DNA of 64,000 bases from Octopus vulgaris. Its lineage: Eukaryota. The position numbers were made by a program, and so were the translations under genes. How positions within the stretch are numbered: the first letter of the stretch is position 1; each line of letters opens with the position of its first letter. The notes beneath the pieces were generated by a model. That model searched no databases and was not told where the DNA came from. It worked only from the letters and a program-made list of their open reading frames with translations. This document shows positions 12,112-24,089 of the stretch, piece after piece. The stretch is taken from the NCBI GenBank assembly GCA_951406725.2, contig OX597817.1:41540001-41604000 (forward strand), given 5' to 3'.

Positions 12112-12441
12112 AATTATTGTTTTAATTCACAAGGAATTATATTTTAACAAGACACTTGAATTGACAGCTCTATTTTTACTAACAATTCCCTTATGGGTCA
12201 AAGCTGTCCCTGACAGAATTTAAACCTAGTGCACTGATCAATATTAATGTTTCCATGTTATGCAAACAAACTTCAGTGTAAGTTTTCATTATAACTCTCA
12301 ATTTCCAAATTAGAATTTATAAACAAAATTTAATAAATCATATGAAACATTTTTGCTCTTTACAATTCCTGTTATATGAGAGCAGAAAATATCTATGAAA
12401 ACAATGATAAAAACTAATGCTGTGCTTAGTGACATCAATAT

Positions 12442-13021
12442 TCGTTTCTACTCTAGGTACAAGGCCTGAAATTTTGGGGGAGGGGGAAGCCAGTCGATTA
12501 GATCAACCCAGTATGCAACTGGTACTTAATTTATTGACCTCCCACCCCAAAGGATGAAAAGCAAAGTTGAACTTGGCAGAATTTGAACCCAGGATGTAAA
12601 GATGGATGAAATACCTATTTCTTTACTACCCACAAGGGGCTAAACACAGAGGGGACAAACAAGGACAGACAAACGGATTAAGTCGATTATAAGTGCGTAA
12701 CTGATACTTATCTAATTGACCCCAAAAGGATGAAAGGCAAATTTGACCTCGGCGGAATTTGAACTCAGAACGTAGCGGTAAATGAAATACCTATTTCTTT
12801 ACTACCCACAAGGGGCTAAACACAGAGGGGACAAACAAGGACAGACAAACAGATTAAGTCGGTTATATCAACCCCAGAGCGTAACTGGTACTTATTTAAT
12901 CGACCCTGAAAGGATGAAAGGCAAAGTCGACCTCGGCGGAATTTGAACTCAGAACATAATGGCAGACGAAATACCACTAAGCATTTCACCTGGCGTGCTA
13001 ACGTTTCTGCCAGCTCACCGC
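12442..13021 (-). mobile_element. SINE family B trimer (one head, three tandem bodies) with 17-bp TSD
   Basis: GAAATACC junctions at 12608, 12784 and 12968; CTTAGTGACATCAATAT at 12425-12441 and 13022-13038. Confidence 0.9.
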
Positions 13022-14110
13022 CTTAGTGACATCAATATATGAAACATAGTCACAACTTATAAGTGGAATCATTTCTAGAAAAAATATTGATCACATCATT
13101 TGCTAATTTATCCCAGTCACAATTTTTTGATTACCAATTCTTTAACTGAAACTTTAAATGTTTTAACTAGTTTGTTACTGAGGTTCATTAAATGAACTTA
13201 AAAACAGACAAACAAAACTGTCGTATTTCATTAACGGAATCAGCTTTCTTTTATTAATTATTAATTACTGTTCTCTAAACATTAGAAACAGATTCCCTGA
13301 AATAAGCCATTATAGAATTTTGTAGTAAGAGAGGAAATTTAATTATTTTTGTAAACAGTAAATAATTTCATAGACTTAAGTGCTCGAAATTTTGACATGC
13401 CTTACCAGCCTCACATTTTCCATTCTTATTGCTCCTGAAGTTTTCTGCCTCAATTCATAAAATAGAACTTTTTAACACACATGAAGCAGTTATGACAACA
13501 AAGAATGATTACCATGTTAAGGGATGTCTAAGAGAATGGCAACAACTGTCAAAACATCAATAAATACAGGTAATCAAATCTCTGAAACTAGAAAATAGTT
13601 CGATTGACAACAAGGATGGGTGACTCCCAAGGAACCAAATCTACCATAAACATACTGATACAATTCTCCTTGTACATGTCTGATTCAGCTATCACCTGAG
13701 ACTGTAATCATACAAACCAGGCAAATATCATGACAGATATACTTTGACAGCTGCATAGCAATTCACACCAGTGACCAAAGCATGTCAGAATGTATAGGAA
13801 CAGTCACAGCTACACATCGCCTCTTCTAACTAAACAAAACATGCCAGACTGTACAGACAACTGGTAAATATAACTTGTCAGGGATGGAAGACTTAACATT
13901 TCTTCTCAGCGTTCAACATTAGATCATCTCAAAAATGACGACATAGATATTAGTTACAACTAGAATTATGACGATTGTGACGTGAAGGTGTTGATTCACA
14001 GAATACATTCATATACTGAATAACACCATGATTAAATTGTGTTATTAGATTTAACTATCTGGCAAAAAACTGACAATGTATGTCAGTCTCAAGAAGTTGT
14101 CAACTAATGC

Positions 14111-14254
14111 TGACAGAGGGTGTGAATAACACCTACACTACAAGAAATAGGAGCTAAAAGTACATAACATATACCCGTTATGTGCTTTGTCACAACATTG
14201 GAGCATTTTAGCTTCTATTTCTAGCAATGTAGGTGTTATTCACACCCTTAGTCA
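14111..14254. mobile_element. Fold-back MITE with about 50-bp imperfect TIRs
   Basis: AGGGTGTGAATAACACCTACA...AGCTAAAA versus TTTTAGCT...TGTAGGTGTTATTCACACCCT. Confidence 0.7.
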
Positions 14255-14322
14255 AGTTTCCTTCATGACTATACTTTTCTTTTATGGCATAACATTGCAA
14301 ACAGCTGTTTTTATTAATTTTG

Positions 14323-14326
<4 letters not shown>

Positions 14327-14363
<37 letters not shown>

Positions 14364-14470
14364 TATGCATATATATATATATATATATATACATATGCAT
14401 ATATATATATATATAAATATATATACATACATACATATACACATATATATACATATATATGTGTATATAT
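14327..14470. repeat. (TA)n/(TACA)n microsatellite
   Basis: Seen directly. Confidence 0.95.
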
Positions 14471-14533
14471 AATTTTTTTTCAGAATAAGATAAAAAACCA
14501 AGGCTGTGAAGATTTTAGAATATTTATAAATAG

Positions 14534-14581
14534 GTCTTACTGCTGTTTCCAGGATATTTATTATATTCCTTCATCGGAGAC
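14534..14581 (-). ncRNA. Type I hammerhead-like motif (degenerate)
   Basis: GTCT-CCGATGA-AGGAATATAATAAATATCCTG-GAAAC-AGCA-GTA-AGAC; stem I GTCT/AGAC; near-palindromic ACAGCAGT; U4 changed to C. Confidence 0.55.
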
Positions 14582-15860
14582 GGTGTGAGAAAATGGTTAA
14601 GCAAGAGTTAATTTAGATAAGTTACAAAATAGAGAGTGAAGTGAAGGAAAGAAAATAGATGTGAGATATGCAGGGATATTACATTTGTAGATCTATTATT
14701 TAAGCAGAATGGTATACATATAAGATTCCAATGCCTTGTGAGTAAAATCCAATAGTATCTAAAATTGGTCATTCCAAGTATAGAGTTTGTACACAATGCT
14801 ATTAAATCAAGGGTTTTATTTAGAGTGACCTAAAAGTAGGGAATGTATTTGTAAGGTCAAATCGAAAACAAGAATAGAGGAATAAAGAGAAAAAAAATAG
14901 AAAAAAAACAGGAAGAGAGGAATAAAGAAAAGGAAAAAAAAGAAAAACAAGGAGAGAGATAATAAGGGAAAGTTTAGCAGTTAGTGACCAGTCAAAATAA
15001 TTTGAAAGTAGGAATGGGGAGACGAGGGTGATAAGAGAGAGATAGGTATTAGAGTGTAAAAAGATAGAAGAAATACGGGATGATAGAGAGAGGTATAAAA
15101 AGTAAAGGAGTGTCAGTTATGTAGCGATACAGTCTAAGTGATGGGGCAGAGAGAGGGGTAGTAGTATGGAATGAAGAATTTAGGAATATAGATTAGGTGG
15201 TTGGACAGGTCAGTGCTTAGTAGTAGAAGAAAATATATATGTATATATTAGACATGTATTTATTTACCTATACAGATATTTATAGATATCAATATCTACA
15301 TATACAACTCGTACTCATGTGTATATGTACACATGCACACCCATATATACGTGTATCTGTATGTATTATTGCCCCTGTATATGCAGATATACATACCTTG
15401 CATAAATATATACATACATATATACAGGCATACACACACATACATATACACGCACATATGCATGTACGCATATACACACGAATATAATTAGATGGTTGTG
15501 ATACTCAAGTATGAGTGAGGAATTAGATAGGGATTTATAAGGTTATTAGGATTACCTAAGGGATGTTGTGGAAATATACTGTATGGCCATTTAGGTACAG
15601 AATAGAGCATCCGCTGCTGTTTGTAGGGGGGTCTGGGAGTAGTGCTATCTAAGTTTGTAGATAAAGGAGTGCTATCTATATTCTTGGAGAAGGTATGTGG
15701 GTGGCGAGGCCTGTTGTTATTAGCTATTTTAGTTGTTTTCGTTTTTGACCTAGTGTTATATGAACGTATGTGGGGGTCTAGGTTGCCTAGGTGTAAGACC
15801 TTCTAGGGTTCCATTGACAAGTGTATGTGGTTGGTTGCGATCGTGATGGTTGGTGCGTGT

Positions 15861-16319
15861 TTAGGATGTGATTTGAGATATGTATTGTTTGAGCCTGGTG
15901 TTATGGATGTATTCTATTTGTTGGGAAAAGCTGCAAGCGGCGAGTGCTTGATTATAATATGGTGCATGATTATTGTAAATTTCCTCAGTGGAAGAGAAAT
16001 CGGATATGCGGGTTGAGATGCCTTTGATTATGTTATCGAAAGTGGATTTGTGGTGATTGGAGTGGATGTTAAGGTATTTAAGATATTGGTTAGGTTTGTA
16101 GTAAGGGGAGTATTGGGAGGTTGATAAGTTTAAAGTTGCATCAAGAAAGATAGCAGTTTTGTGAGCATTTTCGAATGTGATAGATAGGTTTAGATTAGAG
16201 AAGAATTTATGTAGATCCTTTCTAGTTCTTTCTAAGGAGGATTTATTTATGCTTTTGGTAACTAATAAAGCATCGTCCCTGTATAGGCCTCCCTTGATGT
16301 TAGGAAAATGTACATGAAG
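15861..16319 (-). pseudogene. Penelope-like reverse transcriptase fragment (palm/thumb), 152 codons without a start
   Basis: Manual translation: ...GGLYRDDALL...IFLDATLNLSTSQYSPYYKPNQYLKYLNIHSNHHKSTFDNIIKGISTRISDFSSTEEIYNNHAPYYNQALAACSF...; YRDD at 16272-16283; FLD and SNH motifs typical of PLE RTs. Confidence 0.85.
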
Positions 16320-16950
16320 TTATAGAATGTTGCACAAGCATTCAGCTCTAAGCACACTGTTTCATACAGCAGAAACAGATGTAAGCTAATGAAGTTAATT
16401 ACATAACTCTTATGCTTTTGTCATTCGTTAATTGCTATATAAACTTATATTAATCCTGAATTTTCATATTAATGTGAGAAAGTGACAGAAAATATTAAGA
16501 TTTCATTCCCTCATCGCCAATTTTAAAGCTCACTTCACGTGACTGGTCACCCAGTAAACCACCCTCTGTGTAACACAATTTTCTCAAGATATCTTTTTAC
16601 ACCCCATTTCTTGTGTTTGCAAAGGAGAAAGAGAGAAGAACCTTTCTTTACTAATGAGTACTAACAGTAACAAATAAGAACATTTACAATTTTTGGTTGT
16701 CTCTCACTCTCATGGACACATTCAGTTAATTTTAAGTATTTAATAAGATCATTTATAAATAAGGTTAATAGTCAATAAATGCTGGTGTGTTGTATGATGT
16801 TGTGTGACAGAGTTGTAGATGTATGTTAACATCACATACAGTTTGTTTGTGTCATACAGTTGTACAGTTGAGTGACAGTATAGAGAGGTTCTCGGTCTGA
16901 TAGATCAAACTGGTAGCTATTTCTTCCTTCTCTCTCCAACCTGTTCATAC

Positions 16951-17022
16951 CTGAGAGATACCTGACCTGCTCGTTATTTCTGCTAGCCTTTTAGTACCTC
17001 GCTGTATTTTCAGCAGTTTCAT
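16951..17022 (-). CDS. Candidate short first exon (MKLLKIQRGTKRLAEITSRSGISQ)
   Basis: ATG to a strong phase-0 donor CAG|GTATGA in unique sequence; no homology recognised. Confidence 0.2.
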
Positions 17023-17679
17023 CTCATGTTAGATGTTAGCAGACAGATTCATTTTGATGCAGAGAAAGCTGCTGGTGGTGGTGGTGGTGGTGGTGTTAGG
17101 AAAGATAAATCTTGTTGATATATAGGTTCGTTTCCACTCAATGATTGACATTTTAAGGCAAGCAGCTGCACAAGTGTGCATAGAGAGTTAGCAGGGTGCA
17201 GCTTTGAATTTATAATAGTCTGTTGAAATGAAATTCTTCAAATGTTACTCTCTACTGTTCATGTTATAGCAGATTACAAGTTGACATCGGAATAATCTAA
17301 AGTTTCTAAAGACATTTATAATAAAGCCATTTGTGATCACTTAGAAAGAGCTCAACTAGCTAAACTAACAAGCATTAACAGTAACAGTAAGAACATCTAT
17401 AACTATCCATTGCTTTGCAGTATTATCATTATTCCTAGCTGACCCCTGTACCATTGAAAATGTTGGGCTAATTGTACTATTTTATATATGAAAAGGGTGC
17501 AAAAAGGTGATAAAAAAATTAGTGCTTCAACTCAGGGTGTGTGTGCATGTGTGTGCATATGTATACATTTATATGTATGAGTAGCACAGACTATAACCAA
17601 CGTGGTTTTCTATACTTTGTCACAGCCCACTTCCTTCCTTTTTAAGTGACTGTTTATTTATATGTGTGTGTGTGTGTGT

Positions 17680-17975
17680 GTTTTTTCAATGTTTACAAAT
17701 AACACAGGTAAATTATATAAATAGTTACCAGGGTAGCAAAAATTCACACAAGTACCAAGGATGTAACAGCCTACTTATAAAGGGAGAAATTCCAGGTTTT
17801 GGTGAAATGTTTTTACATAACATTGCTCAATAAATAGATGGAGTTAAACGCAGTTGTTAATCAAATCTTTATACTTCTAACATATGTTCGAATAAAACAT
17901 TGGTATTATTCCATGAGGAATAAAATGATGTAAAACAATGCAATCTTCTCATCAGGGGTAAAAAGGGAAACAAAA
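17680..17975 (-). mobile_element. Penelope-like pseudo-LTR fragment with hammerhead-like motif (about 17869-17963)
   Basis: Minus strand: CCTGATGA-GAAGATTGCATTG...CAATGTTTTATTC-GAAC-ATAT-GTT; palindromic AACATATGTT; abuts (TG)n. Confidence 0.5.
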
Positions 17976-17989
17976 TGAATCAATAAGAA

Positions 17990-18352
17990 GTTTGGAAGAA
18001 ATGCTGCTAAATCTTTTGTCCAAGACACTAACAATTCTACCAGCGAACTGCCTTAGTAATAATAATAATAATAATAATGATAATAATAATAATAATCCTT
18101 TCTACTGGAAGCACAAGACCTCAAATATGGGGGAAGGGATTAAGTTGAATATAACGATCCCAGTGTTTCACCTGTACTTAATTTATTGACCCTGAAAGGA
18201 TGAAAGGTAAAGCTGACCTAGACGGAATTTGAACTCAGAATGTAGCGATGGGCAAAATACCACTAAGCATTTCATCCAGTATGCTAATAATTCTGCCAAC
18301 TCACTGCCTTAATTATAATAATAACAATAATAATAATAACAATAACAATAAC

Positions 18353-18391
<39 letters not shown>

Positions 18392-18596
18392 TACACATTT
18401 TGCCACAAGGGCAGCAATTTTGTGGAAGGAGATGAGTTGATTACATCAACCACAGTATGCAACAGGTACTTATTTTATCAACCCTAAAAGGTTGGAAGTC
18501 TACCTCAGTGGAATTTGAACTCAGAACATAGTGGCAGATGAAATACTGCTAAGTATTTCATTCAGTGTGCTGAAGATTCTGCCAGCTCACCGCTCT
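17990..18596 (-). mobile_element. Three head-to-tail SINE B copies (first partial) separated by (AAT)n
   Basis: Copies at about 17990-18055, 18096-18311 and 18393-18596; (AAT/AAC)n at 18057-18095, 18313-18391 and 18597-18609. Confidence 0.8.
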
Positions 18597-18912
18597 AATA
18601 ATAATAATAGCAATGTGTTGAGAGGAATTCTTTGGGATTTGAATAACTCACCTGGAAACATGGGTGTTTCATTCAACATCCTTAATCAACTCTTATTCAA
18701 GGACCTTCTGAGTGGGATAGGCTATTCGACCCAAAAGAAATTCTAACTGGGCCCCACCTGCATGGTTATGCACTGTTTACCTTAATACGAGATCACCATG
18801 TTGTGATGTATGTGCCTGGTGTAACCTTATCAGACAGGTAGCCATGATGAGTAAACTGGGCTTCATATATTTTAATCCAGTGTCCCTTTGATGGCATGTA
18901 CTACTCTCTCAG

Positions 18913-19198
18913 ACAAAAAAGGTGTGTTTATTAATTGACAAGAGTATTCCTTGCGATCACAATATAGCAGCGAAAGAATTTGACAAGATCAGTAAATATA
19001 GACATGCTAATAGAAATTGAAAAAATGTGGCATCTTAAGGCGACTACAGTACCAGTGATTGTAGGATCTCTAGGAATGATAAAAAAAGGTACTGAAACCT
19101 ATTTGAAAATGATACCAGGCATACCATCCCTACAGGAAGTGCAAAAAATTGTGTTAACTGGAACGACTCATGCACTGAGAAGAGCATTATCGCTGTGA
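18913..19198 (+). pseudogene. R4/Dong-like non-LTR retrotransposon restriction-like endonuclease C-terminus
   Basis: KKVCLLIDKSIPCDHNIAAKEFDKISKY, frameshift, then DMLIEIEKMWHLKATTVPVIVGSLGMIKK...QEVQKIVLTGTTHALRRALSL*. Confidence 0.8.
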
Positions 19199-19369
19199 AA
19201 ACAACATCCATTCATGAATTTATTTAAACACATATTTTACTTGTGAATTTGCGTGTGTAATCTGGGAATGCATACAATGAGCTTCTCTGCTCTAGGTGTA
19301 TGGAATATACTCAGCGAGAAATGGAAGAAAATTTGAAGAAAGAAGGAAAATAATAATAAAAATTGGAAA

Positions 19370-19580
19370 AAAAAAACAACTGAGAAATAGAAGGACCTAG
19401 CCAGGGTGATGTGACTGTAGAAGACTAAAACAATTATTCCTGTGATAATTGGTGTTCTTGGTACAATAGCCAGACTTCTACCTGAGAGAATGTATGATAT
19501 TGGAGTTGAGACACACACTGTTGACCTGCAGAAAAGTGCAATCCTGTATAATGTAAGAGGTTTGAGGAGACTTATTGTTA
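19370..19580 (+). pseudogene. Second, more decayed R4/Dong-like RLE C-terminus
   Basis: EK*KDLAR...KTIIPVIIGVLGTIA...IGVETHTVDLQKSAILYNVRGLRRL. Confidence 0.7.
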
Positions 19581-20304
19581 CCAAATCTAAAGACAGCATC
19601 CATATTCATTAATATAACATATAACAACAACAACAAGTCACACATTCAAAGCTAAATTTAAGTATTCGTGACATCACTTATAAAGCAGAATATCCAATAA
19701 ATGAATGTGTGCATCATGATAAGGCAGATATGTGTTTGTGTGCATGTGTGTGCGGTTGTGTATGCATATGGATGTACAGTTGTGTATTCTTGCTGCACAA
19801 AGTGGTATAAGTGTGTTCTATTATCACAGAAGAATTTCTTTGCCTCCTTTCAATGCTCGAGAATATTAGTGAGAGTAGTAGATTGTATTTTATCTGTGAA
19901 ACCACTATTACAAAGAATCTCATTCGAAAATGAGAAGCACTAGTAAATAAATCTGATATTAAGATCATTATGCGCACAAGGAAATTGCTTCTAGATTTTG
20001 ATAAGTTAATCAGGATTTTTAAAAATGGAAACAAACAGTTTAATTTCTTCATAATGTTTCACAAAGGGGTTGAAGTATGTAGAGCTATTGGAATTTATAA
20101 GGCATCTCCTTTATATAAAATATTCTATCTTGCAAGGGGTTTTAATAGAGATGATGGTTAAATATTCTCACACAACATGAATAATTAGAATCCAGATTGT
20201 TTTAGAACACACTAGTAAAGTTATTTAGAATAACAAACACAGTTGATATCAAATGTAATCTAAAAGATTTTTTGGACATTATTTTGGAAATGAATAAACT
20301 CTAA

Positions 20305-20729
20305 AAGACCTGGCAAGCCAAGTGAGATTGAAACCATGGCCTATGCCAGTGTTGCATAACTGGCCCATTTAAGAGTACCCTTCAATCATTGGGCAACAAA
20401 CTGTGCTTGAGGAGACCTGTTGAGTCAAGTGTAACCATTGTCATTGCCAATGCCCGTGCCAGCTGACTAGCTCCCATGTTGGTGACACATAAAAAGCACC
20501 ATTTGAGCGAGGCTGATGCCAATACTGCCTGACTGGCCCCAGTCCAAGTGGCATGTAAAAAGCACCCACTACACTCTTGGAGTGGTTGGCATTAGAAAGG
20601 GCATCCAGCCGTAGAAACCTTGCCAAATCAGATTGGAGCCTGGTGCAGCCTCCTGGCTTGCCAGTCCGCAGTCAAACTGTCCAACCCATGCCAGCATGGA
20701 AAGCGGATGTTAAATGATGATGATGATGG
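20305..20729 (+). mobile_element. RTE 3' end (family C) with (GAT)n tail
   Basis: Homologous to 39340-40057 (AAAAAGCACCCACTACACTC...GGGCATCCAGC..TAGAAAC). Confidence 0.85.
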
Positions 20730-20864
20730 ATTCAAATGATTCCCTTGTTATTCTAATATATTTAGTTCACAATATAGGTAAAGGGATATCTTCCTTTTAT
20801 TCAGAGGCATCTCCATTAAATACTGCTTTTCATTATCATAATGATCAACAATAGTTACCAATCT

Positions 20865-21120
20865 TTCATCATCATCATCATCATCATTGGTATTTTATCA
20901 TCCACTTTTCCATGATTGCCTGGGTCAGACGGATTTCATTGAGGCAGATTTTCTACAGCCACATATCCTTCCTGCTGCTAACCCTCATCTGTTCCCAAGC
21001 AACATAATATTTCCACATGGCCAGACATGTTTTCATGGAAGATTGGAAACAAACAGTACCACTTGTATGACGGTGATACTCGTTTACAATTACCACACTA
21101 CGTCAAGACAAGGAGATAGC
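20865..21120 (-). mobile_element. SINE body with RTE-like tail (family F)
   Basis: Reverse complement similar to 28520-28732; (ATC)n tail. Confidence 0.6.
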
Positions 21121-21670
21121 TAAGTATAAAAATAAAATATTACATGACATTTAGTTTAAAAGTTTGTACTCGAATCACTAAAAACTTTACAGCACTGAAG
21201 CACATGTGCTGCCAAGAATAATTAGTGTTTATATTCTTATATTCATGGCAATAAAGTGTTTTCTTTCAGTGTTCTGTGTTTTTTACAGACTTTCAATGTG
21301 TTCGTTTAGAGTGTATTTGTACAACATAATTCTTTATTACAAGTTATATGTACAGTGAGATTTAATTACAGATGAAGACAACATGCAATTACATTTGCAA
21401 TTCATTTGTGTGTGGCTTGAATCATTCACACCATTGTAATTGATAAAGAACTGCCTTCAATGCTTGCATCAGCATCAGCTTTTCAAAAGATTTATTTCTG
21501 GTTGAATTTGAATTCTCATACATACACTCACGAACATATACTTAAATATCAATTTATACACACACACACACACACACAGACGCAGATCTGCACATATACA
21601 TAACAAATTTATGCATGCACAAACAGACAGACACATATGGTCATTTTTGGTTATTTTCAAAGTAAATGAA

Positions 21671-22045
21671 TATCTTTTATCTTTTACATGTTTCATTCAA
21701 TAGACTGTGGCCATGCTGGGGCATCACCTTGAAGAATTCTTAGTCAAATGAGTTGAACCCAGTACTTTTGCTGAACTGTTAAGTTATAGAAATTTAAACC
21801 CACAAACACCTGTTGTCAAGCAGTGGTGGGAGACAAACACAGATACAAAGATAAACATACATATATATATACACACAAACACAAAACAGGCTTCTTTCAA
21901 TTTTGAAATCCAGTCACAAGACTTTGTTCGCCCTGCGGCTATGGTAGAAGTCACTTGCCCAAAGTGCCATGCAGTGGGACTGAACCTGGAACCAACCATG
22001 TGGTTATGAAGAAAGCTTCTTACCACAGAGCCATGCCTGTGTCTA
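21671..22045 (-). mobile_element. SINE family A
   Basis: Full-length diverged reverse copy. Confidence 0.85.
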
Positions 22046-22649
22046 TTTAAAAAATATTTTCCTCATAGGTTATTGACCAAATATAGAAAACTGATATCTG
22101 TAGCTCCAGCATAGTATATGACTATAATTAATTTTAACATAGTATATTGACCACAGTTACAGATTTAGTTTTGCTAAAGCCAATAAAAATAAATTTAAAA
22201 AGGAAATGGAATATTTATCACAAAATTGCTATAAAATTGCAAATTTGTGATAAATACTTTTTAGAAAATTGGCTTAGTGCCATAAAAAAAATTGTTCAAC
22301 AAATACATGTTCTCATAAATTTGACTATCATCTTAAAAGTAGGTAAAACTTCATTTACATTGAACCTCTTGCTACTGTGCTACAGCAAAGCAATATACAC
22401 TACACTATATCAGCACCAAAAATCAGACTTACTTTTTACTGCATGTCTCTATTTAGTTTTTAATCAATTTAAACTTCAAAGTTCTCCCCCCTTTGCTCTT
22501 ATTGACAAGACTAGTCATTAGCATTAACATTAATGACTTTATTCTCATTGCAAGTGTATAATTTCAGTTGATTAAACATTTGTTTAGATTCACTACATTA
22601 AGAATACTAACCCACGCTTAACTGTATAATTATACAGGTTAAGTTAACG

Positions 22650-22850
22650 AAGACCTCACTCTACCTGGTTGATCTACAGGAAATAGCAACCAATATCTGC
22701 AAAATCATAGCTCACTGTCTTAAAAAAAAAGGGACTCATTGCATACAATGGTCCTAGTTACATTACATCTAAAACAAAGGTGAGATGGCCACAACTGGAA
22801 TGCCTTTGATCATAAGTCTACTTAACCAAAGCTAAGCACCAGCAACAACA
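22650..22850 (+). mobile_element. Family E repeat with (AAC)n tail
   Basis: GAAATAGCAACCAATATCT...CTGGAATGCCTTTGATCATAAGTCTACT...CAACAACA. Confidence 0.55.
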
Positions 22851-24089
22851 ATGCACATGATTATGTTGTGATTGCATAAGTCATTAATCATCTACAGAAA
22901 ATTTACTTTAATAAATATTAAACAATATGTAAAAATATTAACTTTGTAAAATAATCAACTTTAAATTATTAAGAATCAACAGGAAGAGATATCTGATCCG
23001 TGTTTGGATCTTTTTCTATTTTATGTTAAATCTATTTTATGATGCGGGTTTTCCAAATATGGCATAGTTACAAGTATTCGCAACCTAATGAAAAAATAAT
23101 CTGGCTTTCGACCAACAGTTATTCTGTAATCAGTAAACACAGGCCAAGTCTATCAGAAAGCTAGCCTAATATATTAAAAGTCAACATGATCAAAACACCA
23201 CTGGAAATGTATGGGAGTTAACTTGATAAGAATTATAGCCTGGTGTTCGATGATGTCTTGGAATTGAATGCTGCAATGTAAATCATAAACTGGCAACACA
23301 TTAGTAGGCTTTCAGCCAACAAAGCATCAAGAGATTTTTCTAGAAACACACAAACACACACCTCCTATATCTGAGAGTTGGCTAGACGTTCTACTCAGTA
23401 GCATAAACTTATATTTTCAACCAGACAAGATTGGTGACATGATTCATCAGCAAATGGCTTTTTATACTTTATAACATTAAATACTATACGGCATTAGTGG
23501 TTTCATCAACCATTTTCCTCAATATATATATAAATGCAAAGCTATTCTAGTTTCTATAAACTACAGCTAAATATAAATAAATAGGTTTGTATAAAACCTT
23601 TCAGTAAAGCAAATTACAATAATTTAGATAACTAAGATGTAAGGAAGAAGATTTTCGACCACAAATATGATTAGACATGAACTTACTGATAAATTATCTT
23701 TTCCCCTCACAGATTAAGAAAACAGTTTCAACAGGAGAAATATATTAAAAGATCTACCCTGGAGACAGAGTCACGTTATTTTTTGAATTAAACATTCAAA
23801 GCTTTCTATAGTATAATTTCTAATCCCAAGATAGAACTACCAAAAATGGAGAGTATATTTAGGATAAATTTAAACAAGAGCATTTTAAAGTTAATGTCAG
23901 AAAAGTATTTGTTGTTGAAGTTATCAATTTGATTTATAAATACACAGAAAATTATTTATAAAAAAAAGTTATTTTCTTTCAAAATAAAAAAAGAAGAAAT
24001 CTAGAGATGAAATACAGACAGCTGAAAGACCAGTTGCAAGTTTTTCTTTTTCACAGTTGCAACTGCAATTAAGGATATAGCAGGGCAGA

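Larger units (their letters stand above)
14471..16330 (-). mobile_element. 5'-truncated Penelope-like retroelement (RT fragment plus 3' region with hammerhead motif)
   Basis: RT frame 15861-16319 and hammerhead-like motif 14534-14581 on the same strand; boundaries approximate. Confidence 0.7.

Noticed and set aside
19701-20161. Overlapping ORFs on both strands
   Set aside because: No motif recognised; the most protein-like frame contains several stops.
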